Shown: positions 1 through 9,759 of the stretch, in pieces
Numbering within the stretch: position 1 is the first letter of the stretch
How the letters are laid out: the number at the start of each line of letters is the position of its first letter
Source of the DNA: Clostridiales bacterium DTU064
GTDB lineage: Bacteria; Bacillota; Clostridia; Oscillospirales; CAG-272
Direction of reading: 5' to 3'
Length of the DNA: 41,884 nucleotides
Assembly: GCA_001513385.1 (NCBI GenBank)
Contig: LFTK01000050.1
Location: 1-41,884, forward strand
Program-made: the position numbers and the translations under genes
Notes under the pieces: generated by a model
Seen by the model: the letters and a program-made list of their open reading frames with translations, nothing else
Told to the model about the DNA's origin: nothing
The model's database searches: none

Positions 1-924
1 CTCAGGAAGCTCGTCAAGAAACAAAACACCGTTGTGTGCAAGTGATATTTCTCCCGGCATCGGATTTTTGCCGCCGCCGACAAGGCTTGGTGCCGACATC
101 GTATGATGGGGCGAGCGGAACGGACGCTCCCAAATAAGCCCGCTCCCTGCCGGCAACAGCCCCGACACAGAGAATATTTTTGTCACCTCAAGCGCTTCTT
201 CAAACGAAAGCGGCGGTAAAATTGACGGCAGACGCTTTGCAAGCATTGATTTTCCCGTCCCTGGCGGGCCTATCAAAAGTACATTATGCCCGCCTGCTGC
301 CGCAATTTCAAGTGCTCGCTTTGCTTTGGCTTGTCCTTTGACGTCAGCAAAGTCGGGGGCGAATGTCGATACAACCGGCTCCGTGCTCCCTCTTTCCGCC
401 GGCGACAACTTTTCCTCGCCCCGCAAATGGGAAATGAGCGATGTAACATCCTTAACGCCATATACATTAATGCCGGATACGACGGCAGCTTCGCTTGCGT
501 TTTCTTCAGCCGTGTAAAATTCGCGGATACCGGCATCGCGCGCCGCTATGCACATCGATAAAACACCGCGCACGGGTCTTACGCGCCCTGTCAAGGATAG
601 CTCGCCGACAAAGCATTTATCTTCCGTTGTAATCTGCGGGATTACACCGGCACATAAAAGAATTCCCGTCAGTATCGCAAGGTCAAAGGCAGAACCTTCT
701 TTTTTGCGGTCGGCAGGAGCAAGGTTTACTGTAATCGATAGCTCCGGAAAGCGTATGCCGCTGTTTTCAGCAGCAGCGCGGACGCGCTCCTTCGCTTCGC
801 GTACGGCGGCATCGGGAAGCCCGACAATCTCAAATTGCGGCAGCATTTTTACAGCGCTGCATTCAGCTGTTACAATAAAGCCGTTTATTCCATAAAGACC
901 GGCGCAATATACGCTTGATATCAC
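1..924 (-). CDS. comM: YifB/ComM-family Mg-chelatase-like AAA+ ATPase, 5' part (runs off the window edge; absent from ORF track)
   Basis: Manual translation from GTG at 924 (RBS GAGGAGG upstream) gives [38 protein letters not shown], Walker [15 protein letters not shown] and [19 protein letters not shown], all YifB/ComM signatures. Confidence 0.93.
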   Translation of the reverse strand, partial: MISSVYCAGLYGINGFIVTAECSAVKMLPQFEIVGLPDAAVREAKERVRAAAENSGIRFPELSITVNLAPADRKKEGSAFDLAILTGILLCAGVIPQITTEDKCFVGELSLTGRVRPVRGVLSMCIAARDAGIREFYTAEENASEAAVVSGINVYGVKDVTSLISHLRGEEKLSPAERGSTEPVVSTFAPDFADVKGQAKAKRALEIAAAGGHNVLLIGPPGTGKSMLAKRLPSILPPLSFEEALEVTKIFSVSGLLPAGSGLIWERPFRSPHHTMSAPSLVGGGKNPMPGEISLAHNGVLFLDELPE

Positions 925-1116
925 AACAGGCTCCCCTCCTCGCAAAATGTTTAATACCGCCTTCGGTATCATATTATTTATAGTATTTTAACACAACATT
1001 AACTTTACTACAACGATGTTGATAAATAATTCAAACATTGTTATACTTTTCGAAAATTAGCGGTGGTGTTCGGTGAAATCTTCTATTATTTCTATAATTC
1101 TATTGTGGTTTCGGTG

Positions 1117-1145
1117 TTTACATTCTTCGTAAAAAGTGATATTAT
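1117..1145 (+). promoter_or_regulatory. sigma-A promoter of nifJ
   Basis: TTTACA-17 nt-TATTAT with extended -10 TG; RBS GGGAGG precedes ATG 1230. Confidence 0.6.
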
Positions 1146-1229
1146 AATATGACGGTTGAAGATAGTCACTTTAACATATTATAAAAAGTATTTTTGTCTA
1201 ACATATAATCATGGGAGGAAATCCAAAGA

Positions 1230-4200
1230 ATGTCAGTTAAAAGATTAAAAGAGTCAATGGATGGCAACCAGGCTGCCGCGCACGTAAGCTACGCTTTTAC
1301 GGAAATCGCAGGCATTTATCCGATTACGCCGTCCAGCCCAATGGCCGACTTCGTTGATACATGGAGCGCTACTGGGCGTAAGAATATTTTCGGCAACACT
1401 GTAAAGGTTATCGAGATGCAGTCTGAAGCAGGTGCTGCCGGCACAGTACATGGTTCTCTTAACGCCGGTGCGCTTACAACTACTTATACAGCTTCGCAGG
1501 GGCTTCTTCTCATGATCCCGAACATGTATAAGATAGCTGGTGAGCTCCTGCCGGGTGTATTCCATGTATCCGCACGTACAGTTGCTTCACATGCGCTTAA
1601 TATTTTTGGTGACCACAGTGACGTTTACGCTTGCCGTCAGACAGGTTTTGCAATGCTTGCATCATCAAACCCGCAGGAAGTAATGGATCTTGGTGCTGTC
1701 GCTCACCTGTCCGCTATAAAGGGCCGCGTTCCGTTCCTTCATTTCTTCGATGGCTTCCGCACAAGCCATGAAATTCAGAAGATAGAAGTTTGGGATAACG
1801 AACAGCTCGCCCAGCTCGTTGATTTTGACGCTGTCAAGGCATTCCGTGACCGTGCTCTCAATCCTGAGCATCCGGTTCTTCGTGGTTCAGCCGAAAACGG
1901 CGATATCTTCTTCCAGCACAGAGAAGCTGCCAATAAGTATTACAATGCTCTCCCTGCTATCGTTGAAGATTACATGAACCGCATAAACGAAATGATCGGC
2001 ACCGATTATAAACTCTTCAACTATTACGGTGCTCCCGATGCAGACCGCGTCATCATTGCTATGGGTTCTGTCTGTGACGTTGCAGAGGAAGTCATTGATT
2101 ACATGATGGCACGTGGCGAGAAAGTCGGTCTTATAAAGGTTCGTCTCTATCGTCCGTTCTGCGCTGACAAGCTCATCTCCGTACTGCCCTCTACAGTTAA
2201 GAAGATAGCTGTTCTTGACCGTACGAAGGAACCGGGTTCACTTGGCGAACCGCTTTATCTCGACGTTGTAACAGCTCTTGCTCAGAGCGGCTCCGATGTA
2301 AAGACAGTCGGCGGACGCTACGGTCTCGGAAGCAAAGATACACCGCCTTCAAGCATCTTTGCAGTATATGAAAGCCTCGCATCTGATGAGCCGAAAAACG
2401 GCTTTACAATCGGTATCGTCGACGACGTTACAGGCACATCCCTCGAGGAGAAGCCCGCGCCCGACACAACACCCAAAGGAACAATTTCCTGCAAGTTCTG
2501 GGGTCTTGGCGGTGACGGTACTGTCAGTGCTAACAAAAACTCGATTAAAATCATCGGTGACCACACCGATAAATATATCCAGGCTTACTTCCAGTACGAC
2601 TCAAAGAAGACAGGCGGCGTAACTATATCCCACCTGCGCTTCGGCGATCGTCCGATCAAAGCGCCTTACTATGTGACAAAGGCTGACTTCGTCGCCTGCC
2701 ACAACAGCGCTTACCTCCACCTTTATGACATGGTTGAGGACATCAAACCGGGCGGAACATTCCTTCTTGACTGCCCGTGGAAACCGGAAGAGCTTGACGC
2801 TCACATTCCCGCAAAGGTTAAGAAGTATATAGCTGAAAACAACATCAACTTCTACATCATCGACGGAACCGGCATTTCCACAAACCGCATCGGCAACCCG
2901 AAGGTTAAGAATACCGTTCTCCAGTCTGCTTTCTTCTCGCTTGCAAACATACTTCCGAAGGAAGAAGCAATTGAATACATGAAGAAGATGGCTTACAAGT
3001 CCTACATAAAGAAGGGCGAAGCCATGGTCGAGCTTAACTACAAGGCTATCGACGCCGGCAGCGACGCATACATCAAGGTTGATGTTCCCGAATCATGGAA
3101 GAATGCGACACCCGACGCACCGAAACCTGCCTTCAAGAGCGCACGTCCTGAGCTTGATGAGTTTGTCAACAAGATCGTCAAGCCGACAAACTCCATGAAG
3201 GGTGACTCGCTCCCCGTCTCTGCATTCGAAAAGTATGTTGACGGTACATTCCCGCAGGGTTCTGCCGCATCCGAGAAACGCGGCGTCGCCGTAAATGTTC
3301 CTGAATGGAACAATGAAAAGTGCATCCAGTGCAACCAGTGCGCCTTCGTCTGCCCGCATGCAACGATTCGTCCGTTTGCAATGACTGAGGAAGAAGCTGC
3401 TGCTGCACCTGCACAGACAAGATTTGTCAAGAAGATGACAGGCAAGGGATGCGAAAACCTCAAGTTTACAATAGCTATCAGCCCGCTTGATTGTATGGGC
3501 TGCGCTCTCTGCGTAAAACAGTGCCCTGTCGGCGCACTCGAAATGAAGCCGCGTGAAAGCCAGTTGGATCAGCAGCCTGTTTTCGATTACGCTGTTGCCA
3601 ACGTCAAGGAAAAGGAACTTCCCTTTGCTCCGACAACGGTCAAGGGCAGCCAGTTCAAGCAGCCGCTGCTTGAGTTCCCCGGTTCATGCGCAGGATGCGC
3701 CGAGACATCGTACGCCCGCCTGATTACACAGCTCTTCGGCGAGAGAATGTATATCTCGAACGCAACGGGATGCTCATCCATCTGGGGTGGCAGCGCACCG
3801 GCAACACCTTACACAGTAAACAAAGAAACAGGCCGCGGTCCCGCTTGGGCAAACTCCCTGTTTGAAGATAATGCCGAGCACGGTTACGGTATATTCCTTG
3901 CACAGCGTTACCGTCGTGAAGCTCTTGCGGAGAAGATTAAGAAACTTTCCGCTATCGATTATGCAACAGAAGAGCTGAAGGCCGCTTGCCTTGAATGGCT
4001 CGAAGTTAAGGAAGACGCGAAGAAGTGCGTAGCAGCTTCCGAAAAGCTGCTTGCAGCTTGCCGCGATGGCATCGACGTTGACCTTACAGGCACGCAGTGG
4101 GAAGCCGAATGGATTAAGAACGGCAAGAAGTGCCCGTGCGAAGCCTGCACGCTCGCTCGTGAGATAATTGACAATGCCGATATGCTCAATAAGAAGTCCG

Positions 4201-4853
4201 TCTGGATCTTCGGCGGCGACGGTTGGGCTTACGACATTGGCTTCGGTGGCCTTGACCATGTCATCGCTTCCGGCGAGAACGTCAACATCATGGTATTTGA
4301 CACCGAAGTTTACTCCAACACAGGCGGACAGGCGTCCAAAGCTTCTCAGATGGGTCAGGTCGCACAGTTCGCAGCAGCTGGTAAAGCAATAGGCAAGAAG
4401 AATCTTGCTGAAATCGCCATGACCTACGGTTACGTCTATGTCGCACAGATTGCCATGGGCGCCGATATGAACCAGACAATTAAGGCTCTTGTCGAGGCTG
4501 AGGCTTACGACGGCCCGTCCCTCATAATCGGCTACGCACCTTGCGAAATGCACGGCATCAAGGGCGGCATGACAAACTGCCAGCTCGAGATGAAGCGTGC
4601 CGTTGAATGTGGCTACTGGCAGCTCTTCCGCTTCAATCCTGCTCTTAAGGCTGAAGGCAAGAATCCGCTCATTATTGATAGCAAGGAGCCGACCGGCGAC
4701 TATATCGAATTCATCAAGAGCGAAACCCGATACAGCCGCTTGCTCCAGAGCTTCCCGGAACGCGCAGAAAAGCTCTTCACAGAAGCTCAGCGCATCTCCC
4801 GCGAGAAGTACGAACATCTCAAGCGTCTTGCCGAGCTTTATAAGGTTGAATAA
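1230..4853 (+). CDS. nifJ: Pyruvate:ferredoxin/flavodoxin oxidoreductase (single-chain PFOR)
   Basis: YPITPSS, MQSEAGAAG, GLGGDGTV, 2x[4Fe-4S] motifs CIQCNQCAFVCP and CMGCALCVKQCP, SCAGCAET, TPP motif GGDGWAYDIG..YSNTGGQ; 1207 aa. Confidence 0.97.
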   Translation: MSVKRLKESMDGNQAAAHVSYAFTEIAGIYPITPSSPMADFVDTWSATGRKNIFGNTVKVIEMQSEAGAAGTVHGSLNAGALTTTYTASQGLLLMIPNMYKIAGELLPGVFHVSARTVASHALNIFGDHSDVYACRQTGFAMLASSNPQEVMDLGAVAHLSAIKGRVPFLHFFDGFRTSHEIQKIEVWDNEQLAQLVDFDAVKAFRDRALNPEHPVLRGSAENGDIFFQHREAANKYYNALPAIVEDYMNRINEMIGTDYKLFNYYGAPDADRVIIAMGSVCDVAEEVIDYMMARGEKVGLIKVRLYRPFCADKLISVLPSTVKKIAVLDRTKEPGSLGEPLYLDVVTALAQSGSDVKTVGGRYGLGSKDTPPSSIFAVYESLASDEPKNGFTIGIVDDVTGTSLEEKPAPDTTPKGTISCKFWGLGGDGTVSANKNSIKIIGDHTDKYIQAYFQYDSKKTGGVTISHLRFGDRPIKAPYYVTKADFVACHNSAYLHLYDMVEDIKPGGTFLLDCPWKPEELDAHIPAKVKKYIAENNINFYIIDGTGISTNRIGNPKVKNTVLQSAFFSLANILPKEEAIEYMKKMAYKSYIKKGEAMVELNYKAIDAGSDAYIKVDVPESWKNATPDAPKPAFKSARPELDEFVNKIVKPTNSMKGDSLPVSAFEKYVDGTFPQGSAASEKRGVAVNVPEWNNEKCIQCNQCAFVCPHATIRPFAMTEEEAAAAPAQTRFVKKMTGKGCENLKFTIAISPLDCMGCALCVKQCPVGALEMKPRESQLDQQPVFDYAVANVKEKELPFAPTTVKGSQFKQPLLEFPGSCAGCAETSYARLITQLFGERMYISNATGCSSIWGGSAPATPYTVNKETGRGPAWANSLFEDNAEHGYGIFLAQRYRREALAEKIKKLSAIDYATEELKAACLEWLEVKEDAKKCVAASEKLLAACRDGIDVDLTGTQWEAEWIKNGKKCPCEACTLAREIIDNADMLNKKSVWIFGGDGWAYDIGFGGLDHVIASGENVNIMVFDTEVYSNTGGQASKASQMGQVAQFAAAGKAIGKKNLAEIAMTYGYVYVAQIAMGADMNQTIKALVEAEAYDGPSLIIGYAPCEMHGIKGGMTNCQLEMKRAVECGYWQLFRFNPALKAEGKNPLIIDSKEPTGDYIEFIKSETRYSRLLQSFPERAEKLFTEAQRISREKYEHLKRLAELYKVE

Positions 4854-4900
4854 GAAGCACATCAGTGCTGCAGCACATTAAATACCGCTTCGGTTTTATA

Positions 4901-4939
4901 CCCCGCCAGGATGGACAAACCCCTCCCGGCGGGGTTTTT
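4901..4939 (+). terminator. Intrinsic terminator of nifJ
   Basis: CCCCGCC...GGCGGGG stem followed by TTTTT. Confidence 0.8.
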
Positions 4940-4951
4940 ATAGTAACAGGC

Positions 4952-4995
4952 AACAATAAAAGTGGAGCTTACAGGTAAGCCCCACTTTTATTGTT
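4952..4995. terminator. Long bidirectional hairpin/terminator between convergent nifJ and SLH gene
   Basis: AACAATAAAAGTGG-AGCTTAC...GTAAGC-CCCACTTTTATTGTT near-perfect inverted repeat with T-tracts on both strands. Confidence 0.75.
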
Positions 4996-5129
4996 TTACC
5001 GCTTCTCTCTTTTAAAACGTTCCCTAAGTTATGAGTTTTTTACATTACGGCAGTTTTTCTTTACCATAACATCGCTGCCGTAGCGGGAATCAAAGGAAAT
5101 TAAAATGTTTTATTATCGCTTCAGATATG

Positions 5130-6434
5130 TTATCTGCAGATAACATTGACGTTATCGATATAATACTGGGTCAATCCCTCAAAACCGGACTCTGTGCCGA
5201 TTATAAGATATGCGCAGCCGTTTTCATCAGTTGTCGCAGTAAATGTCAGGCTGAAATATTTCCACGAATAGCTGTCGTCCTCCTTGCCATCCGTGCGACC
5301 CATATCTCCGACGACTACAGCATCTCTGCCGTCCGTCGCCTGCTCGCCTTTATCAATGTTTGCAAACCTGAATGTTCCCTTATAAATTTCCTCAACTATC
5401 GGTTCGACAGAAGCGACACCGGCTTTTACGTAAACAGAACCTGCCGGGCTTCCGCCAATGCCGAAGCTGCCAGCAATAGCATTTGTTCCAATACGGAACG
5501 ATATGCAGAATTTATATTCCGTGTCAGGCGTCAGCCCCTCAAGCTTTTTCCAGTAGCCCATAAATATGTCGTCACTGCGATTCATTGAACCGATAAAGAG
5601 AGCGTTGCTTTCTTCCCCTTCAACCGGCGCCATCTTATGCTTATGCTCCATCTGGTATGTCTCATAATTATTGCTGTCGTCATTATAATCAGCGAAAACG
5701 GGTACGAAGCCATCATCACCGCCTTCGAAATCAAAGAAAAATCTTGCCTTTGTGTATGTTTCCTCGAAGCGCTTGACAATAGCCGCAAGCTGTGCGCGCG
5801 TTACGTTGCTCTTCGGATTGAAATTTCCTTTATCATCACCGAGCATAATCCCCTTTTCCGTCAACCACGCAACGGCAGCTTTTGCACCGGTATAAATTTC
5901 ATCAGCGTCATTATAGTCAAGAGTATATTCATCGCCCCAGACATACCCCTCACCGAATGATTGCGCATAGCGGTATATTATCATCGCTATCTGCTCTCTT
6001 GTCAGGTTGTCATTCGGCCCGAACTTATCGTAATCATACACATATATAAGCCCTGTCTCAAAAGCCCACGAAACTGCGTCTTTATAGTATGCGTCCTCTG
6101 CAACATCGGAAAACGGGTTATACCCTTTCGCTCTTGTGCCACCAAGCCGGTATATGATCTCCGCCGCCATACCGCGGAGCACAGCTTCGTCCGGATGGAA
6201 AGCGCCGTTTTCAGCTGTCATATAGCCACGCTCAGTTACAAAAACTACGCTGTCATAATACCAATCATCTTCACTGACATCAAAAAATGCGTCTTTTACT
6301 TCTGTTGTGGAGGGAAGATCGTCCTCTACGCTGTTGTCATCATCTACGACGGCGAGCGCACTCGTCGCAAACACCAAAGAAGCTAAAACGACAAGGCTGA
6401 TAAGTGCTGATAACAGTCTCACTCTTGTTTTCAT
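5130..6434 (-). CDS. Secreted protein with three S-layer homology (SLH) domains and an uncharacterised C-terminal domain
   Basis: Signal peptide ending ALA; three SLH repeats (FxDV..W..AV..G...F.P...LRG/TREQ/TRAQ); RBS GAGGAG. Confidence 0.88.
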   Translation of the reverse strand: MKTRVRLLSALISLVVLASLVFATSALAVVDDDNSVEDDLPSTTEVKDAFFDVSEDDWYYDSVVFVTERGYMTAENGAFHPDEAVLRGMAAEIIYRLGGTRAKGYNPFSDVAEDAYYKDAVSWAFETGLIYVYDYDKFGPNDNLTREQIAMIIYRYAQSFGEGYVWGDEYTLDYNDADEIYTGAKAAVAWLTEKGIMLGDDKGNFNPKSNVTRAQLAAIVKRFEETYTKARFFFDFEGGDDGFVPVFADYNDDSNNYETYQMEHKHKMAPVEGEESNALFIGSMNRSDDIFMGYWKKLEGLTPDTEYKFCISFRIGTNAIAGSFGIGGSPAGSVYVKAGVASVEPIVEEIYKGTFRFANIDKGEQATDGRDAVVVGDMGRTDGKEDDSYSWKYFSLTFTATTDENGCAYLIIGTESGFEGLTQYYIDNVNVICR

Positions 6435-6569
6435 GATGTGTCTTTCACTCCTCGTTTAGATTCATATTACGTACGTACATTTTCCCGTGCTGTAATATAG
6501 ATGCATAAAAGAGGCCGTTTTGCTTGAGGTTTTAAGAAATTTTTATTTCAAATTTTCACTATGCGGGTC

Positions 6570-7331
6570 TTATTCATAAGCACTTATTTCTTTTTGGCGT
6601 GTTTTGCGCGACTTTACTGCTTTTATGATATAAAAGCATAGAATAACGAGCGATATTATGAAGACAGCGCCCAGCACAATCGACGCAGCGCTAACGCTGG
6701 CCGATGTCTCGCCTGTAATAATGACTTCATCATCGTCAATTGATAAATCAGAATAAAGCTTGTATGCAAACGAGACGCCGAGCAAGGCTGAAATAATAGC
6801 CGAAACACATATTTTCGTGCGAAGCTTTACAATTGCCGAGCTATAAAGCCATCTGACGGTTCCGGCTTTCATACCAAGCTCATCGGCTATTTCCCGGAAT
6901 GTTAATCCTGCCACAAACCGTAGCGTCACAATTTCCCGCTGACGTTCACCTAACCCGGATATGACCGAGTAAAAATGCTCCATATCAACAAAATCATCTA
7001 TTTCCGTGTGCTGCACCGGTATATCGAAATTTTCCGGGAACGGCTCTTCGTTTTTCTCCCTCCGCAAAAACTGAAGGGCTTCATTTTTTGTCACAGTATA
7101 AAGCCATGACATCCCGCCCGACGACGGCAGTCTGTCAGAAGGAAGCGTATATAAACGCATCATTACGTTATGTACGATATCCTTGCTTTTTTCACTGTCG
7201 CGGCAAACGGATAAAGCAATTCCGTAAACAGCTTTATAATATGTCCTGTATAGCTCCTCAATTGCGTCGTTTTTCGAAAAACGCAACTCCCTCAATATTT
7301 CATCGATGTTTTTAACATTTGATTTCGTCAT
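6570..7331 (-). CDS. ECF sigma-70 factor with two C-terminal transmembrane helices
   Basis: Region 2 (AIEELYRTY..VYGIA..KDIVHNVM..SWLYTVTKN) and region 4 (LGERQREIVTLRFVAGLTFREIADELGMKAGTVRW), then two hydrophobic segments; start moved to ATG 7331 after GAGG. Confidence 0.85.
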   Translation of the reverse strand: MTKSNVKNIDEILRELRFSKNDAIEELYRTYYKAVYGIALSVCRDSEKSKDIVHNVMMRLYTLPSDRLPSSGGMSWLYTVTKNEALQFLRREKNEEPFPENFDIPVQHTEIDDFVDMEHFYSVISGLGERQREIVTLRFVAGLTFREIADELGMKAGTVRWLYSSAIVKLRTKICVSAIISALLGVSFAYKLYSDLSIDDDEVIITGETSASVSAASIVLGAVFIISLVILCFYIIKAVKSRKTRQKEISAYE

Positions 7332-7425
7332 ACAAACCTCATGGTACAAACAAAGTGCTTACAGCTTACTTATTTCCATTATAACATGACTTTGGCCGCA
7401 GTACCATAAAACCAATTATGACCAC

Positions 7426-7470
7426 AAAAAACGGGCTGATAACCGCTATTCTGCCATCAGTCCGTTTTTT
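7426..7470. terminator. Bidirectional intrinsic terminator downstream of 7510..8139
   Basis: AAAAAACGGGCTGAT...ATCAGTCCGTTTTTT. Confidence 0.75.
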
Positions 7471-7509
7471 GCTTAATCTCTATGTAATACAAGTGTTAGT
7501 TTAAAAAAC

Positions 7510-8139
7510 TCATGCACCTGTGGTTGTGCTATCAGCTTCGTTAGCTTCATCCGCCGCTTTTGATTCGCCCTCGGCTGCAGCTTTTGCCGCAGCTTCGGCT
7601 TCTGCTGCAGCTTTTGCAAGTTCTATGCCTTTTTTAGAATCAATGCACGGCTCAACAAGCTGAGCAAAATAATTGCCGGCTTTTGATTTATTGTATAAAG
7701 CCTGTATAACAAGAGCAATGATAATGCCAGCAATAGGGATAAGTATGAAGTATGTAAGCCCGTTAAGTCCTGTTTTAAGGTCTTGTACACCAACGGAATA
7801 ATATACGCTCGAAGCGACTGCGTAACCAGCAAACGGAATCCACCCTGCCAGCTTCCACCCCATAAAGACAAGGGCAGCAGCCATTGCAACAGGATATATC
7901 CATTTTGCAGCTACTTCGCCAAGAACAACAAGGAAAGGAACGCTTGAAAACTCGGCCGCTACCGTTCCCGCTTTCGGTATTGATGTTTGTGTCGATGCGA
8001 TGACAGATTTTTTGTCAATTATCATGCCAATGGCATTGTTAAGCAGCAGCCGGACAAGAGTAAATACGACAGCCCATATAACAAACTTCAATAATCTTGA
8101 TTTCACAGTATCCCTGTAAAGGGCATTTGATTCGCTCAT
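7510..8139 (-). CDS. Hypothetical membrane protein (about 4 TM, Ala/Glu-rich C-terminal tail)
   Basis: Hydrophobic segments, RBS AGGGAG, same orientation as murD; family not recognised. Confidence 0.7.
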   Translation of the reverse strand: MSESNALYRDTVKSRLLKFVIWAVVFTLVRLLLNNAIGMIIDKKSVIASTQTSIPKAGTVAAEFSSVPFLVVLGEVAAKWIYPVAMAAALVFMGWKLAGWIPFAGYAVASSVYYSVGVQDLKTGLNGLTYFILIPIAGIIIALVIQALYNKSKAGNYFAQLVEPCIDSKKGIELAKAAAEAEAAAKAAAEGESKAADEANEADSTTTGA

Positions 8140-8215
8140 ACAATGCTCCCTGTCTTAAATAATTATGATAGTACAATGTTATTTTACAGATAATATCTGC
8201 AAAAGGCAATACCTA

Positions 8216-9727
8216 TCATGCGAGAGGGAGTAAATTATTCACTACATCCCTGAAACGCTGCCCGCGTTCCTCAAAGTTCCGGAACGCATCAAAGCTGGCG
8301 CAGGCAGGCGAAAGAAGAACTGTGTCAGCATCTTTTTCGCGCGCCACAGTTGACGCTTTTTGAACAGCAGCGTCAAAATCTGGCTCATAGATAATCTCCG
8401 GTACCGGAAGCCCCCGCTCTTTTGCTTCTTTAAATGCACTATTTATCAGCGGTGCTGACGCGCCTGTCAGCACGACAGCCACGACACCTTTGTGTGCCGC
8501 GACAGCTTCTGTGAGAGGGGTGTACGGCACATGTTTATCATAACCGCCGCAGATAAGTACAATTTTAGAGTCAGGCAGGGCGGAAAGCGCCGCTGCTGTT
8601 CGGCTTGGCGTTGAATCAATGCTACTGTTATAATAACGGATGCTTTTCTCAATGCCGCTAATTTCGATTTTCTCCTCCCGCACAAGCTCAAGCCTGTGTG
8701 CAACACCACCAAAGCTGCGTGCTACTTTATCGGCGCAGGCGACAAGGCATTCGGTCGGGAAGCGGCCATATAACGCAGCGAGCGCCGCCATGTAATGCTC
8801 CATATTATGGCGGCCAGGTATTTTTATCGCGCTGCGCTTCAGCAAAAATGTCTCCTTACCTCCGCGGCGCAGAACAATATCATCACCGGAGAGACATACG
8901 ATATTGTCAACCCCGTCATAAGGTCCGCCCGTTACATCCTCTCCGATAAACCAGAATACCTCCGCATTTGTTTTGTCGGCAAGCGCCCTCGTTGTCTCGT
9001 CGCCTATGTTTAAAATTGCCCTCTTACACACCGGACCGAGGATTTTTGCCTTTGCCGCTATATACTCATCCATATCTTTGTGCCAGTTTAAGTGGTTCGG
9101 CGATATGTTGACGATTATCGCTGTCTCCGGCGCACGTGAAAACGTCATAAGCTGAAAGCTTGACAGCTCCGTGACGGCATAATCACCCGCTCCAAGCTCC
9201 TCAAGGCGGGGCAAAAGCGGCGTTCCTATGTTACCGCCAAGTGCAACTGTATTTTCAGGTGGCAGAATAGCACGCAGCAGCTCATAAACAAGCGTTGTAG
9301 TAGTTGTTTTGCCGTCGCTTCCTGTAATGCCGATTTTATAAGCAGGGCACAGCTCATAAAAAAGCTCCATCTCGCTTGTAAGGATGGCACCGTGCGACAG
9401 TGCTTCCTTTATTTCCGGCAAATCCGGACGCATCCCGGGCGTGCGGAAAAGAACAGTACCCCCCTGGGAGATGTTTGCGTCAACAAGCTTTTTCAGGTAA
9501 TCCTCACCAAAAATAAAGCGCACACCGCGCTTTTCATATGAATCGATATCTGTTGTTTGCTCTTCGCGTTTTTTTGAATCATACACACATACGTTTATGC
9601 CATGCTTTAGTAAAAAATCAGTAAGAGGTACGTTTGATATACCAAAGCCGAGAACGGATGCGCCCTTTTGCGCCGCCGCTGCAAGAATTTCGTCACCGGT
9701 CATAAAATGCAATTTACACCGCGCCAT
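8216..9727 (-). CDS. murD: UDP-N-acetylmuramoyl-L-alanine--D-glutamate ligase
   Basis: GITGSDGKTTTT, GGNIG.P, ELSSFQL, NISPNHLNWH, HRLE, GGYDK, LLSPACASFDAFRNFEERG. Confidence 0.93.
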   Translation of the reverse strand: MARCKLHFMTGDEILAAAAQKGASVLGFGISNVPLTDFLLKHGINVCVYDSKKREEQTTDIDSYEKRGVRFIFGEDYLKKLVDANISQGGTVLFRTPGMRPDLPEIKEALSHGAILTSEMELFYELCPAYKIGITGSDGKTTTTTLVYELLRAILPPENTVALGGNIGTPLLPRLEELGAGDYAVTELSSFQLMTFSRAPETAIIVNISPNHLNWHKDMDEYIAAKAKILGPVCKRAILNIGDETTRALADKTNAEVFWFIGEDVTGGPYDGVDNIVCLSGDDIVLRRGGKETFLLKRSAIKIPGRHNMEHYMAALAALYGRFPTECLVACADKVARSFGGVAHRLELVREEKIEISGIEKSIRYYNSSIDSTPSRTAAALSALPDSKIVLICGGYDKHVPYTPLTEAVAAHKGVVAVVLTGASAPLINSAFKEAKERGLPVPEIIYEPDFDAAVQKASTVAREKDADTVLLSPACASFDAFRNFEERGQRFRDVVNNLLPLA

Positions 9728-9759
9728 AATAAATCAGCGCGGCTCCCCCTTTTTTTATA

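Noticed and set aside
273-895. Short ORFs in the track at 273-895
   Set aside because: They overlap the real minus-strand comM/yifB frame, which the track missed because it runs off the edge.
3774-4862. 362-aa antisense ORF
   Set aside because: Almost entirely opposite nifJ; a shadow of strong codon bias, with no motifs or RBS.
4860-5085. Cluster of hairpins as a structured ncRNA
   Set aside because: Explained adequately by terminators of two convergent genes; no promoter or known RNA motif.
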